From contig NC_091980.1 of assembly GCF_044704955.1 (NCBI RefSeq), positions 128,464,001 to 128,528,000 on the forward strand: a DNA stretch of 64,000 bases. Direction: 5' to 3'. Below, piece after piece: positions 1 through 12,477 of the stretch. The notes below the pieces were generated by a model. It had not been told where the DNA came from and searched no databases. It worked only from the letters and a program-made list of their open reading frames with translations. How positions within the stretch are numbered: the first letter of the stretch is position 1; each line of letters starts with the position of its first letter. The DNA is from Pristiophorus japonicus (taxonomy: Eukaryota). The position numbers and the translations under genes are program-made.

Positions 1-461
1 TGCTTGATTCAGAGAGCCTGCCTTTGATGGACATTTTCATGGAAACAATCTTTTGATACCCTTACCCAATGAGAAATCAAGGCTTTGATGCTGAGCCAAG
101 GTGTGTGTGGTGGGGCAGTGCTTGGAGGAAGAGAGGACAAAGGAGTTAGATTTTCACCACCTTTGCAGGAAAGACTTCCTGACTTCCCTCCGAAATGGCC
201 TGACTAATTTTAAGATTACATCCCCTCATTGAAAAAGGCAAGGTAAAGGAAGTCCATGGAGTGATTGAGAATGAGGATACAAATTCTGAATTCCATGCAT
301 TGAGTGCAGAATGTATTCAGAATAAACTTCAAGCTCAAAAGAGCTCCAGAATAAGTCATTATTAAAGATAGGCAGAATAGATAGACTGGGTACAGCACAG
401 AATTTAGTAAATTCACATTACATCATCTCCATTGTGAAGTGGTCTAAAATGCAAAACTCAC

Positions 462-563
462 CATAGAGAGATAAACATAGGAGGAATAGAGCTCCATGTT
501 GATCTGCTTGTTGACAGCATCCTCACAGTCCTGGTGGTAGTTCTGACACACTTGAGAAGCCAT
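462..563 (-). CDS. fth1: Ferritin heavy/middle subunit-like, copy 1, exon 1 only (exons 2-4 lie left of the window)
   Basis: 102 nt encoding [34 protein letters not shown] followed by a GTGAGT donor; near-identical to exon 1 of the four other copies. The symbol denotes the family; orthology is not established. Confidence 0.9.
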
Positions 564-580
564 CTAGATTCTTTTTCACA

Positions 581-800
581 AATCAAAACTTTGTGGAAGC
601 AACAAACTCTTGTAAAGATTCAACCAACCACATATGCCTGTATTTATACTGCTGGATAATCCAGGGTGTGGCAGCCTGCAGGATGATTGACAGTCCTCAA
701 TAATCAATCAGAAGTTGCAGCCTCTCAGAGCACCAATCAAGTAATGGGAGGAGGGGAGATGGACTCCTAGATCTTTGAAGAATGAGCATCATTGGCTGAC
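581..800 (-). promoter_or_regulatory. Ferritin copy 1 promoter: TATA box, CCAAT boxes, degenerate IRE
   Basis: TATAAATA at 648-641; CCAAT/ATTGG near 733 and 791; IRE remnant GTTGCTTCCACAAAGTTTTGA within 610-581; block conserved in all five copies. Confidence 0.7.
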
Positions 801-964
801 AACTCAATGAGGATCTCAATTGTCCTAACTTTCCTCAAACACAGTTCAAATATCCAGAATCACAGGTTAAAATGAATCCTCTATGATTTAGGCTAATCAA
901 TTGGGAAAAACTTAAAAAGTAAGTGCTCCCTTCCAAGCATAACAAAACTAACCTAAACACTCAT

Positions 965-1175
965 CAATTTATAGTTTAGTTCCCTGTATCCACGCTACAC
1001 TCCAGACACTCTGGCGCCCACCGGTCATTGGAGGCCTCAAGCATACCGGCAGACACTGCGTGCTCCCTCTGCAGAGACACCCGGACACGGACATAGTTGC
1101 GGAAGAGAAGCAGGCAGCCGGAGAGAACACCCCATCGACTGTGCCCTGCCTGGACCAGTTAATGGCCACCTTGAA
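965..1175 (-). mobile_element. Old Tx1-like (L1 clade) LINE 3' remnant upstream of the ferritin promoter; paralogs ~23520-23790, 35897-36178, 49185-49460, 59775-60026
   Basis: Decayed KVAINWSRQ.../...FRDRWAP C-terminal ORF2 sequence matching the longer Tx1 at 60136-61234; same position in all five units. Confidence 0.65.
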
Positions 1176-1489
1176 AGGTTCATTAAATCCTCTGTTGTTT
1201 GCGAGTCAGTATATTTTTAATAGTTCTGGATTGTTCAGTGGGTTGGTCATTTTCAGGTATCCGCGGGTTTGATGCAACATCCAAAAAGATCGGTGACTGT
1301 GCAAAGCAAACAAAAGTGGGTCAGATGAATGCAAATTGCTTGTGATCAATGTGTCAAACACAAATACTCAGATACTCCATCACTTACAAGTTTAGCTCAA
1401 ATGTGGAGAGGACAATGCGATGTTCAGTTCTTGTTTTTTATCATGACATTTTGGAAACAATGAAACAGACTGCAGTCCAAAAATAAAGA

Positions 1490-1937
1490 CAAGCATTTAC
1501 ATAACGCCTTTCACAACCTCAGGAAATCCCTGAGAATTTTACAGCCAATAAGGTACTTTTTAAAGTGCAGTCACTTTTGTAATATAGGAAATGTGGCAGC
1601 CAATTTGCACATGGCAAAACTCCAGAAACAACAAGGTGAACATGACCACATTATTTGTTTTCAGTGACATTTGTTGAGGAATAAAAATTGGCCAGGTCAC
1701 AGGGGATACCTCCCCTGTTCTTCTTCAAAGTAGTGCTCTGAGATCTTTTATGTCCAACTCAGAGGGCAGTCAGCACCACGGTTGACCATCGCATCCAAAA
1801 GATGACAACTGCGACAGTGCAGCACCCCCTCATAACTGCACTGTAGTGTCAGCCGAGATTCTGTATTCACGTCTATGTCGTGGGGACTTGAACCCACTAC
1901 CTTCTGACTCAGAGGCGAGAGTGCTACCCACTGAGTT
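1490..1937 (-). mobile_element. tRNA-derived SINE (DeuSINE/SacSINE1-like); paralogs ~38358-38802, 49795-50206, 61455-61905
   Basis: Minus-strand head with A-box (CTCAGTGGGTAG) and B-box (GGTTCAAGTCC), ~450 bp body; family name from recall. Confidence 0.65.
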
Positions 1938-2267
1938 CATCTGACTGATCTCCGGAACTTAAAACTCTCAGTTACCCACTACGCCAATATCTATCTCAAT
2001 CATCTGTGAAATCTCCACGTTATCAGCCTCCGGTATTCCCAGACTCAGCTCTTGTGTTAGAACGCGTGTTAGAGCTGAGCGCACAGAGAGGCTGGGAAAT
2101 ATAAAACAAGATTGAAACAAACAGCAGGAGCTTGAGCCAAGTGCTGCACAGCAAGGGGAAGACAGGCTGAAGAGATGGAGAAAGCAGCCAGGTAACTATA
2201 GGAGGAACTACTGGAGATTTGGTCTCATTGCTCAGCGCTTCATCTGAGTTTGCAACATGCCCAAGTT

Positions 2268-2668
2268 TGGATGTCACTGGCAAGGCCGACATTTATTGCC
2301 CATCCCTAGTTGCCCTGAGAAACCACTGGTGAGACTCCTTCTTGAACCATGTTCAGGTGCTCAATGGTTGAGAGACGCCTTGCTCGGTCACTTCAGAGGG
2401 CAGGTAAGAATCAACCACATTACTGTGCAAATAGAGTCACATATAAGCCGGACGAGGTAAGGGTGGCAGGTTTCCTTCCCTAAAAGGAAATTAGTGAGCC
2501 AATTGAATTTTTACAACAATCCTAAAAGTCCATGGTTACTGATATCAATTTGTTTTAAATTTTAAACTGAATCCAAATGATGGTGGGATTTGAACTCACA
2601 TTCCGTGTATTATTGATCCAAGCCTCTGCATTACCAATCCAGTAACATAACCACTGCACTATTGTACC
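2268..2668 (-). mobile_element. tRNA-head SINE with LINE-derived 3' tail; paralogs 39118-39503 and 50527-52180 (split by a CR1)
   Basis: Head AGTGGTTATGTTACTGGA...GAGTTCAAATCCCACCA; tail GGGCAACTAGGGATGGGCAATAAATG matches the LINE end at ~28945-29000. Confidence 0.65.
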
Positions 2669-5325
2669 GCTAACATACAGCTTGAAAAAAGGTTGAACCT
2701 CCTTTATTTATTATCTATGGAAATTGGCCTAGTTCACAGAGGCTGGTAGTTATGTCCAATGTATATATTAGCAGTTTACATTAAGATCCCCAACTATGTT
2801 ACCAATTTTTCCTTTCCATACGCAAATTTAGTGAGGCCTTATCCCATGTTCCTTGTGCTTTGGATCAATACCTGCTTCAGCGAACACTTTCCTGTGTTCC
2901 CAAAATAGAAAGACATTCAGCAGTAATTCTTGGGGGTTGTTTATTCAGAAGGTACAGACTCTGTACTGTAACAGCACATCCTTGGTAAAGTGGTTCAAAC
3001 ATGAGGGGCGAGTTCTTACCGTGACCAGATTACACTGAAATCTCTTTCTCCAGTTCATCCAAATTTAAAACCAGTTAAAGGCTAAGATTAGACTTGTAGC
3101 TATGACCATCTTAGGCTACCATTGAACCAAAGTCATTAGTCTGGAGGGGAAGAGATTAAAACAGCCACATGCCCAAGCAAATCAGGTTTGATCAAGATCA
3201 CAACCAATTTGTCAGCAGAAGTAGTTCTTGTTCAATGCAAGGTCACACGACATTGATCTGAAAATGCGCTCAGTTACTTAAAAGAAGAAAAGGAACAAAA
3301 GCAAAATACTGCGGGTGCTAGAAATCTGAAATAAAAACAGAAAATGCTGGAAATACACAATAGGTCAGGCAGCATCAATGGAGAGAGAAACAGAGTTAAC
3401 ATTTCAGGTCAATGACCTTGCGTCAGAAATGGAAAAAGTTAGTGATGTAACTGATTTTAAGTAAATGCAGAGCACGGAAAGGGGTGTGGGAGGGGAGGAA
3501 AGAACAAAAGGGAACGTTTGTTGTTATGTATGTATGTAAACATTACCAAAATGTAAGACTTGCCACGAGAGGGCACACTTGTGGGAGACCTAAGGGTCAC
3601 CTGTGCACCCTGGGTCAAGCAGGTATAAAAAGGAATCTGCCTTGCTGCATCCTCACTCAGGAGTCTGAATAAAGAGACCAACAGTTTGAGCTTGCGACAT
3701 AGTCCTATGGATTTATTCTGAACATAACAAATTAGCAACGAGTAACGGATCACGAACTTTCATGTGATAATGGCTGCCGTTGGTATTCTTGAGTGATTTG
3801 TTGAGGGTGGTGATTGGGAAGCCTTTGTTGAGGGCCTCGACCAGTACTTTGTGGCCAATGAATTGGACACGACTGAAAAGAGATCAAATGCAGGGCGATT
3901 CTCCTCACCGTATGTGGGTCATCGATATATGGCCTCCTTAAAAATTTGTTGCCACCAGTCAAACTAACGGACAAATCTTACGCAGAGCTGTGTACGCTGG
4001 CTAATGAACATCTCAAGTGAAAGGAGAGCATCCTGATGGCCAGGTACCGCTTTTAGACGCACCGTCGCTCTGAGGACCAGAATGTGGCGAGTTCTGTCAC
4101 CGACCTAAGACACCTTGCGGGGCAGTGCAACTTGCAGGATCCTTGGGGGGAAATGTTGCAGGACGTTTTCGTGCTTGGAATTGGCCATGAGGTCATCCTT
4201 CGCAAACTGTTGTCTGCCGAATCCCTAGATCTGAGCAAGGCCATCACGATAGCACATCCTTCATATCCACGAGCGATAACACGAAAGAGATATCCTCATA
4301 TAATCGAAGCTCACCGGCAAGCACCGTGCATAAAATAATGTTTTCAGCAGGCAGAACGGCACAGGGCAGGGTCCACACAATTGCAGAGGCCAGACCTAGG
4401 CCTAGAGTGACTCAGAGTCCACCGTGTGGCGTGAATGTGTATCCATTTGCACCATGTTGGCGCTGCGGGGGCAGCCAGACTGCTCATCAATGTCGATTCA
4501 AACCCTATGTGTGCAAGGGCTGTGGAACAATGGGGCACCTCCAGCGAATGTGCAAACGATCTCTGACTCACCACGTGGCAGAGTCAGGAGAGGATGATGG
4601 ATCCAGCGAGGATTACGATGAACAAGCAGGAGAGGCAACCTGAGAATGAAGAGGAAGTATATGGGATACACATCTTCACCACCAAAAGCCCTCCGATAAT
4701 GTTAGAAGTTCAACTTAACGGCACTCCAATCTCAATGGAACTAGACACGTGGGCGAGTCAATCAGTTATGAGCCAGAAAGCATTCAAGAGGCTGTGGGGC
4801 GACAAAGCACAGCGACCTAAGCTGATCCCGAATCAGGCAAAGCTGCGCACCGACACCAAGGAACTGATACCAGTTATTGGTAGTGCAGACATAAGGGTAT
4901 TCCATGAGGGAGCAGTGCACGATTTACCACTGTGGATTGTTTCAGGTGATGGGCCAACACTGCTTGGCAGGAGGTGGATGGGGAAGATTCGATGGAACTG
5001 GGAAGACCTCTGCCTACCGTCTCCGGCGAATGGAGTCTCCCCTTCTCAAAGGCAGAGCAAACCCCCACCTTCAGCTGAACCAGGCATTTGCTGATCCCCA
5101 AGGCACAGGCCGCTCCTCACAACCACGAGGAGGTAAAGTTCAACCGAGCAGCGGTACCCACAACCCAAAACCGACGACCTCATCGCGATGATGGAAGAGG
5201 CTCCAGATCGACCATGCGGAGTGGGACTCCGGCCGAAACGATCCAAATGCGTCTTCCCGACGCCAGAGGTAAAATACCTGGGGAGGAAGATCACAGCAAT
5301 CGATATCACGGACACGGATGAGAAT

Positions 5326-5445
5326 GCGTCCAGACCACTGGACGAGATTGCGTCCAGACCATGGGACGAGAAGACATCCAGACCACGGGACGATAGAGCA
5401 TCCAGACCACAGGACAATAGAGTGTCCAGACCATGGGAGCACGCC
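5326..5445 (+). repeat. 24-bp tandem repeat x5 inside element A
   Basis: Units share core TCCAGACCA; in frame they read ASRPLDEI/ASRPWDEK/TSRPRDDR/ASRPQDNR/VSRPWEHA. Confidence 0.85.
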
Positions 5446-6271
5446 ACAACGGAATGGAAGAATTGTCGCACAGCAAATAAGACGAATGGGTTTGGGGCAA
5501 AGGTAAAGGAGCGGCAGCTGTGAAGGCCAGGCACCCACTCTGCTCCAATAAATTGTGTGCACTATGTAACCCTTGTGAGCGGTCTTTCGCGGCCAATGAT
5601 GTGCGATTATATAGGGTTGGGGGTACCTTATAACAAGCCAAAGTAGCCAACTGGTCATATATGTATCTGACAAAGTACTCATAACAAGTGATGTGTTAAT
5701 GCACAGGGTCGTGTGTGTTGTACAGCAAGCCAAAGTAGTGTGCAAACCCCAACCAGTTGTACATGTATCCAACAAAGTATTTATACCAAGTGAGATGTTA
5801 CCGCATGGGGTCAGGAGTGTTGTGCAGCAAGCCCCAAACGATTGAACATGTATTCAATAAGTTAAACAAAGCATCAGCCTGTATTCATGGGACTAAAGAG
5901 ATGTAGCAAAGAGTGTCCCAATATGTGCTCGAGTTAGACAAGCTGCTCATCCCACAAGCTTGGGAAGCAGAGGCACCATTATCGATGCATTGCTTCAAGA
6001 ATGTCTAACTCTGTCTGTGCACTGTAACATGATCCGCCACGGGCCAGGCACTGAGAGTGGCACTAATGCCCTCAGTTGGCTACAGTTGCCCACAACCAGG
6101 ATGGAAGCAGCACAGTCTGCACACCCACTCACGGTCATGGAAGTCCTAGAAAGCAAGGGCTCAACCGTAATGGCCCCCCAGCCTAGGACCTGGACATGCC
6201 AGGATCCCAGGTTACCAGTTGCCAAAGGTGAACTGCTAGACGGGATGTGGCAACCTAGCCATCGCAGAGAC

Positions 6272-9200
6272 TGTTATATCGGTATACTTGTATATGCTCT
6301 GTACAGCCACTAGAGGGCTCATCCCCTGGAGTCTCAAGGGATCCCATAATCCCTTGGGAGCACAGGTATTTAAGGAGGCCTCACAGGTTCGAGAGGCACT
6401 CTGGAGACATGAAATAGAAGACTAAGGTTGCACTTTATTTTAAGCTCACAGTGTTCAGTCTGACACTTTCTCCAGACATAACAACTGGCGACGAGATACA
6501 GATAGTGAACCCAAAGATGCAGAGAACAGTGGGCATCCTGGAGAAATTCTCGGAGGGATATGATTGGGAAACTTATGTGGAGCGACTCGACCAATAATTC
6601 GGAGCCAACGAGCTAGATGGAGATGAGAACACTGCCAAACGACATATGGCCTCATGAAAAATTTGCTTACTCCAGCGAAACACATGGAGAAATCATAAGA
6701 TGATTTGTGCACACTGGTCTCTGAGCATTTGAACCCAAAGGTAAGTGTTCTAATGGCGAGGTACCCGTTCAACACCGACAAAAGTTCTGAAGGTCAGGAA
6801 GTGGCGAGTTATGCCGCCGAGCTAAGACGTCTTGCAGGACATTGCGAATTTGAAGGACATTTGGAGCACATGCTCAGAAACTTTTTTGTACTTGGCATTG
6901 GCCACGAAACCATACTTCGCAAACTTTTGACTGTCGAGACCCCAACCTTGAACAAGGCCATCGCGATAGCCCAGGCGTTAATTGCCACCAGTGACAATAC
7001 TAAGCAAATCTCTCAGCACATGAGTGCTGCTACAAGTACTGTGAACAAAGTGATGCTGTTTTCAAATTGCAACGTACAGGGCATGTCACACATGCTTGCA
7101 GCTGCACGTCCGCCGATGTCTCCACCATCAAGGGTGATGAATGCTAGTCCATTAACACCTTGTTGGCGCTGCGGGGGTGATCATCATTTCCATTCATGCC
7201 AATTCATAGGGTACGTTTTCATGGGCTGTGGAACAATGGGACATCTCCAACGTATGTGCAGGAGAGCTGCAAATCCTGTTAATCCTGCAAACCACCATGT
7301 TGTAGATAAGGACAGATCCACGGAGGATCACGATGAACCAGAGCCCCAGACCGAGGAGACAGAGGTACATGCGATGCACACATTCACTACAAAGTGTCCC
7401 CCACAAATGCTGAATGTTGAACTAAATGGACTCCCGGTGTAAATGGAGCTGGACACAGGCGCGAGCCAGTCCCACATGGGAAAAAAGACTTTCGAAAGAT
7501 TGTGGTGCAGTAAGGTCTCAAGGCCAGTCTTAATTCCAGTTTGCACGAAACTAAGAACTGATTCCTGTAATCGGCAGTGCTACCATAAAGGTCTCCAATG
7601 GTGGAGCGGTGCATAAGCTACCACTGTGGGTGGTACCGGGGCGATGGTCCCACGCTGCTCAGCAGGAGCTGGCTGGGAAAGATACGCTGGAACTGGGACA
7701 ACGTCCGAGCACTATTGCCCACTGATGACACTTCGTGTGCCCAGGTCTTAAACAAATTTCCTTCGCTGTTCGAACCAGGCATCGAGAAATTCCAAGGAAC
7801 AAAAATGCAGATCCACCTAATTTCGGGGGCGCAACCCATCCATCACAAGGCAAGTGCAGTACCGCACCTGATGAGAGAAAGGGGAGAGATTGAGCTAGAC
7901 CAGCTGCAAAGAGAGGGTGTCATTTCACCAATCGAGTTCAACGAGTGGGCCAGTCCGATTGTCCCAGTCCTCAAGGGAGACGGCACCGTCAGAATCTGTG
8001 GCGATTACAAAGTAACTATTAATTATTTCTCCCCGCAGGACTAATACCCACTACCAAAAGGCCGACGACCTCTTTGCAACGCTGGCGGGAGGAAAGCTGT
8101 TCACAAAGCTGGATCTGACTTCAGCCTATATGATGTAGGAACTGGAGGAATCATCTAAGGGCCTCACCTGCATCAACACGCACAATGGTCTTTTTATTTA
8201 TAATTGATGCCCGTTTGGAATTCGATCAGCTGCGGCGATATTCCAGAAAAACATGGAAAGCTTACTGAAGTCGGTCCTGCACATCGTGGTCGTCCAGGAC
8301 GACATCTTGGTCACAGGTTGGGACACAGTCGAGCATCTGCAGAACCTGTAGAATGTTCTTACTCAACTCAACCGCATGGGCTCAGGTTAAAACACTAGAA
8401 GTGCATTTTCCTGCAGCCTGAAGTGGAGTTCTTACGAAGCAGGATTGCGGCGGATGGCATCAGGCCCACCAACTCAAAGAAGGGGGCAATCGAGAAGAAC
8501 CGAGGCCACAGAACATGACAGAGCTGCGGTCGTTTCTAGGACTCCTGAACTACTTTGGTAACTTCTTTTCGGGTCTCAGCACACTGTTAGAACCAATGTA
8601 TGTCTTACTGTGAAAAGGGGATTAATGGGCATGTGGCAAAAGCCAAGAAAATGCCTTCGTAAAAACTAGAAAATTGTTATGCTCAAACAAATTGCTTGTG
8701 TTATATATTTCATGTAAGCGTTTGGTACTAGCATGTGATGCGTCATCATATGGCGTCGAGTGTGTATTGCAACAAGCTAATGATTTTGGGAAACTGCAAC
8801 TGGTTGCTTACACATCCAGGAGTCTGTCGAAGGCTGAGCGAGTCGACAGCATGATTGAAAAAGAAACATTAGCGTATGTCTATGGGGTAAAGAAAATGCA
8901 TCAATATCTGTTTGGGCTAAAATTCGAATTGGTAATTGACCATAAGCCACTCATATCCCTATTTTCCGAGAGTAAGGGATAAATACGATTGCATCGGCCT
9001 GCGTCCAGCGATGGGTGCTCACATTGTCCGCATAAAACTACGCCATCCGCCACAGGCAAGGCAAAGACAAATGCGCTGATGCTCTCAGCAGACTGCCATT
9101 GCCCACCACGGGGATGGAAATGGCGCGGCCCGCAGATTTAGCCATGATTATGGAAGCAGTTGAGAGTGAGCATTCACCCGTCACTGCCCAGCAGATCAAA

Positions 9201-10768
9201 ACCTGCACGAGCGAGGATCCCCTATTGTTCCTCGTCAAAAACTGTGTGCTTCATGGGAGCAGGTCCAGTGTCCCTGTAGAAATGCAGGAAGAAATAAAGC
9301 CAATCCAGCGGGCAAAGATGAAATGTCTATACAGGCAGACTGCCTTCTGTGGGGCGATCATGTAGTGGTACCCAAGAAGTGCAGAGACACCTTCATCAGT
9401 TACCTGCACAGTACTCACCCAAGCATTGTAATGATGAAAGCGATAGCCAGATCCCACGTGTGGTGGGCTGGTATTGATGCGGACTTGAGTCCTGCGTGCA
9501 CAGATGTAATACACGGTCGCAGTTAAGCAAAGTACCTAGGGAGGTGCTGCTCAGTTTATGGTCTTGGCTCTCCAAACCGTGGTCTGGTGTACATGTCGAC
9601 TATGCAGACCCGTTCTTAGCTAAAATGATCCTTGTCGTTGTAGATGCGTACTCCAAATGGATTGAATGTGAGACAATGTCGGCTAGCACGTCCGCTGCCA
9701 CTAATGAAAGCCCACGCGCCATGTTTGCCACACACGGCCTACCCGATATGCTGGTGAGCGACAACGGGCCATGTTTTACCAGTGCTGAGTTCAAAGAATT
9801 CATGACCCGCAAGGGATCAAACATGTCACATCTGCTGCGTTTAAACCAATGTCCAATGATCAGGCAGAGAGAGCAGTGCAAACCATCAAGCAGGGCTTGA
9901 AGATGGTAACGGAAGGCTCACTGCAGACTTGCCTATCCCGAGTCCTGCTTAGCTACTGCCAGAGACCCCACTCGCTCACTGGGATCCCACCTGTTGAACT
10001 GCTCAAGAAAAGAGCACTTAAGACATGGCTCTCGTTAGTTCATCCTGATCTACATGAACAGGTAGAGACCAGGCGGCTTCAACAAAGTGCATACCATGAA
10101 TGTGTCATGCGAAATTGAAATCAATGGTCCTGTATTTGTATTGAATTATGGACAAGATCCCAAGTGGCTTCCCGCCACTGTTGTGGCCAAAGAGGGAAGC
10201 AGGGTGTTTCGGGTCAAACTTTCAAATGGACTCATTCACCGGAAACACTTGGACCAAATAAAACTCAGATTCACGGACTATCCTGAGCAATCCACTTTGG
10301 ACCCTACCTTCTTTGACCCCCCAACATACACACCAGTGCCAACCAGCACCACGGTTGACCACGAAGCAGAACCCATCATTCACAGCAGCCCAACAGGAAC
10401 GACCACATTAGGCAGCCCAGCAAGGCCAGCTGCATGGCAGACCAGCGAGGGCCCAACAATTGATTCTCTAACACCAGCTTTCACACCGAGACGATCAACC
10501 AGGGCAAGAAGAGCCCCAGATCGACTCACATTGTAAACAGTTACACTGTTGGCTTTGGGGGAGAGTGTTGTTATATATGTATACTTGTATATGCTCTGTA
10601 CAGCCATCAGAGGGCTCATCCCCTGGATCCCATAATACCTTGGGAGCACAGGTATTTAGGAGGCCTCACAGGTTGGGGAGGCACTCTGGAGACCTGCAAT
10701 AAAAAACTAAGTTCACACAATACTTTAAGCTCACAGTGTTCAGTCTGACTCTTTCTCCAAACAGAACA
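6272..10768 (+). mobile_element. Gypsy (Mag-like) LTR element B, full length but decayed, nested in A
   Basis: LTRs 6272-6483 and 10569-10768; TSD GAGAC/GAGAA; PBS TGGCGACGAG (complement of tRNA-Ser(GCU) 3' end); gag, protease, RT (WASPIVPVLK..VRICGDYK, VQDD), RNase H (LACDASSYG), integrase (VHVDYA, VSDNG) with stops and frameshifts. Confidence 0.92.
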
Positions 10769-12093
10769 GAGAAGAAAGACCCATCCCAACGTTGCACAGT
10801 CAGGCAGGGTGGCTACACACAGTCGGTGGTCCGGGGCCCCCATATTACGGCCGAAGTTCCACGGGGACCACTAGGCCCCGCGCCTCTACCAAAAGTCTCA
10901 AGGCCATTGTGGCCATCCTGGGCTTGCCAGACCTCAGGGACAGCGAAAATAGCTTGTAGGAGGCAGCCCAAATCACTAAACCTAGCACCACGCGTGTCAC
11001 GGTAGACTCCCTATGGACACGGCTAGCCTGGGTGCAACGCAGTCACCAGACAGAATCACTCAGAACCGAGCCTTCTATGTGCAATCATCAGAGAATGCAC
11101 CATAATTGCACGGCCCCTCCACGCGACATCAGATTAAGTGATGTAGACCATGTTCAGAGCCCCAGTTGGGCCGCTAGCACCGCTTTAGCCAAGTGGGTGA
11201 ACAGAGTGTATGTGATGAAAACGGAGTCGTTTATTATGAAACCATGTACCACGCTAATGAGTAAAGCATTTGGACAAGCCCAAACTGCGAACTACAGATA
11301 ACCAGGAACCATTGTGAAAGAACCTGGCCCCCATCGACCCACTAACACCATCAACTTCACCATCGATGAACCCGCCACATCAGGACTTCAACCCAGGTGA
11401 TCGACCCGGGGACGTGGGGCGCCAGATCGTCTCAACTTACAAATAACTTGTACATAAGACTTTGGGGGGAGTGATGTTATGTGTGTATGTAAACCTTACC
11501 AAAATATAAGACTTGCCATGAGGCAGCACACCTGTGGGAGACCTAAGGGTCACCTGTGCACCCTGGGCCAAGCGGTTATAAAAGGGGATTCACCATGCTG
11601 CATCCTCAGTCTGGAGTCTGAATAAAGAGACCAAGGTCACAACAGTTTGAGCTTACAATGCAGTCCTGTGGATTTATTGTGGACATAACATTTATGATAG
11701 GGTGGAAGGCCGAAGTGATTAAATGACAAAAGGTATGAAAGTACAAAGCAAAAGGAGGTGGTAATGGGACAAGTAAAGGAACAAAAGATGGGTCTAGAAG
11801 AGGTGTAAATGGTTGCAACAGGATCATCAACAGCTGCCATCTGAAAAAGATAGGGACAGAGGTTTTGGTCTGAAATTGTTGAACTCGATGCTGAGTCCAG
11901 AAGGCTATAACGTGCCTAATAGAAAGCTGAGGAGCTTATGTTGAGCTTTGTTGGAACAGAGTAAGAGGCCGATGACAGAGAGGTCAGAGTGGGAGGGGAG
12001 TGGAGAATTAATGTGCCAGGCGACTGGAAGTGTGCAGAATGAACAGAAGTGTTTTGCAAAGCGGTCACCCAATCTGCATTTGGTCTCCCCAAT

Positions 12094-12477
12094 GCCTCCT
12101 GTAAACAAGGGCAGACATCAACGACGAGGTCCAACACCGCCTTCAGTGCAGCTTTCGGTCACCTGAGGAACAGGGTGTTTGAAGACCAGGACCTCAAACC
12201 CGGCACCAAGCTCATGGTCTACAGAGCAGTGGTAATACCTGCCCTCCGATATGCCTCAGAGATATGGACTATATACAGCAGACACCTTAAAACACTGGAG
12301 AAGTACCACCAACGTTTAATCCGCAAGATCCTGCAAATCTACTGGGAGGATAGGCACACCAACATCAGTGTCCTCGCTCAGGCCTCCAACCCCAGCATCG
12401 AAGCATTGACCACGCTCGATGAGCTCCGCTGGATGGGCCACATCGTCCGCATGACTGACACATGACTTCCAAAAAAG
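12094..12477 (+). mobile_element. RTE-type LINE internal fragment with 16-bp TSD
   Basis: TKLMVYRAVVIPALRYASEIWT...LRWMGHIVRM; ATTTGGTCTCCCCAAT at 12078-12093 and 12478-12493. Confidence 0.85.

Larger units (their letters stand above)
3522..11690 (+). mobile_element. Gypsy (Mag/K02A2.6-like) LTR element A, internally deleted (gag-protease, most RT missing), host of nested element B
   Basis: LTRs 3522-3729 and 11475-11690 (TG...CA); TSD TTTGT/TTTAT; empty site TCTGT at ~53248; PBS-like TAGCAACGAG; PPT GGGGGGAGTGA; zinc knuckles CWRCGG..H.C and [14 protein letters not shown]; protease ELDTWAS. Confidence 0.88.

Noticed and set aside
650-900. NRF2 antioxidant-response element in the ferritin promoters
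   Set aside because: No TGACnnnGC match conserved across copies was found by eye.
1870-1937. tRNA gene candidates with A and B boxes
   Set aside because: They are SINE heads continuous with SINE bodies; no complete cloverleaf seen.
3020-3140. Minus-strand 121-nt segment with a good acceptor (CTCTTCCCCTCCAG) and donor (GTAAG), also in units 3 and 4
   Set aside because: Stops in all three frames in the unit 4 copy translated and no recognisable protein; a non-coding exon cannot be excluded.
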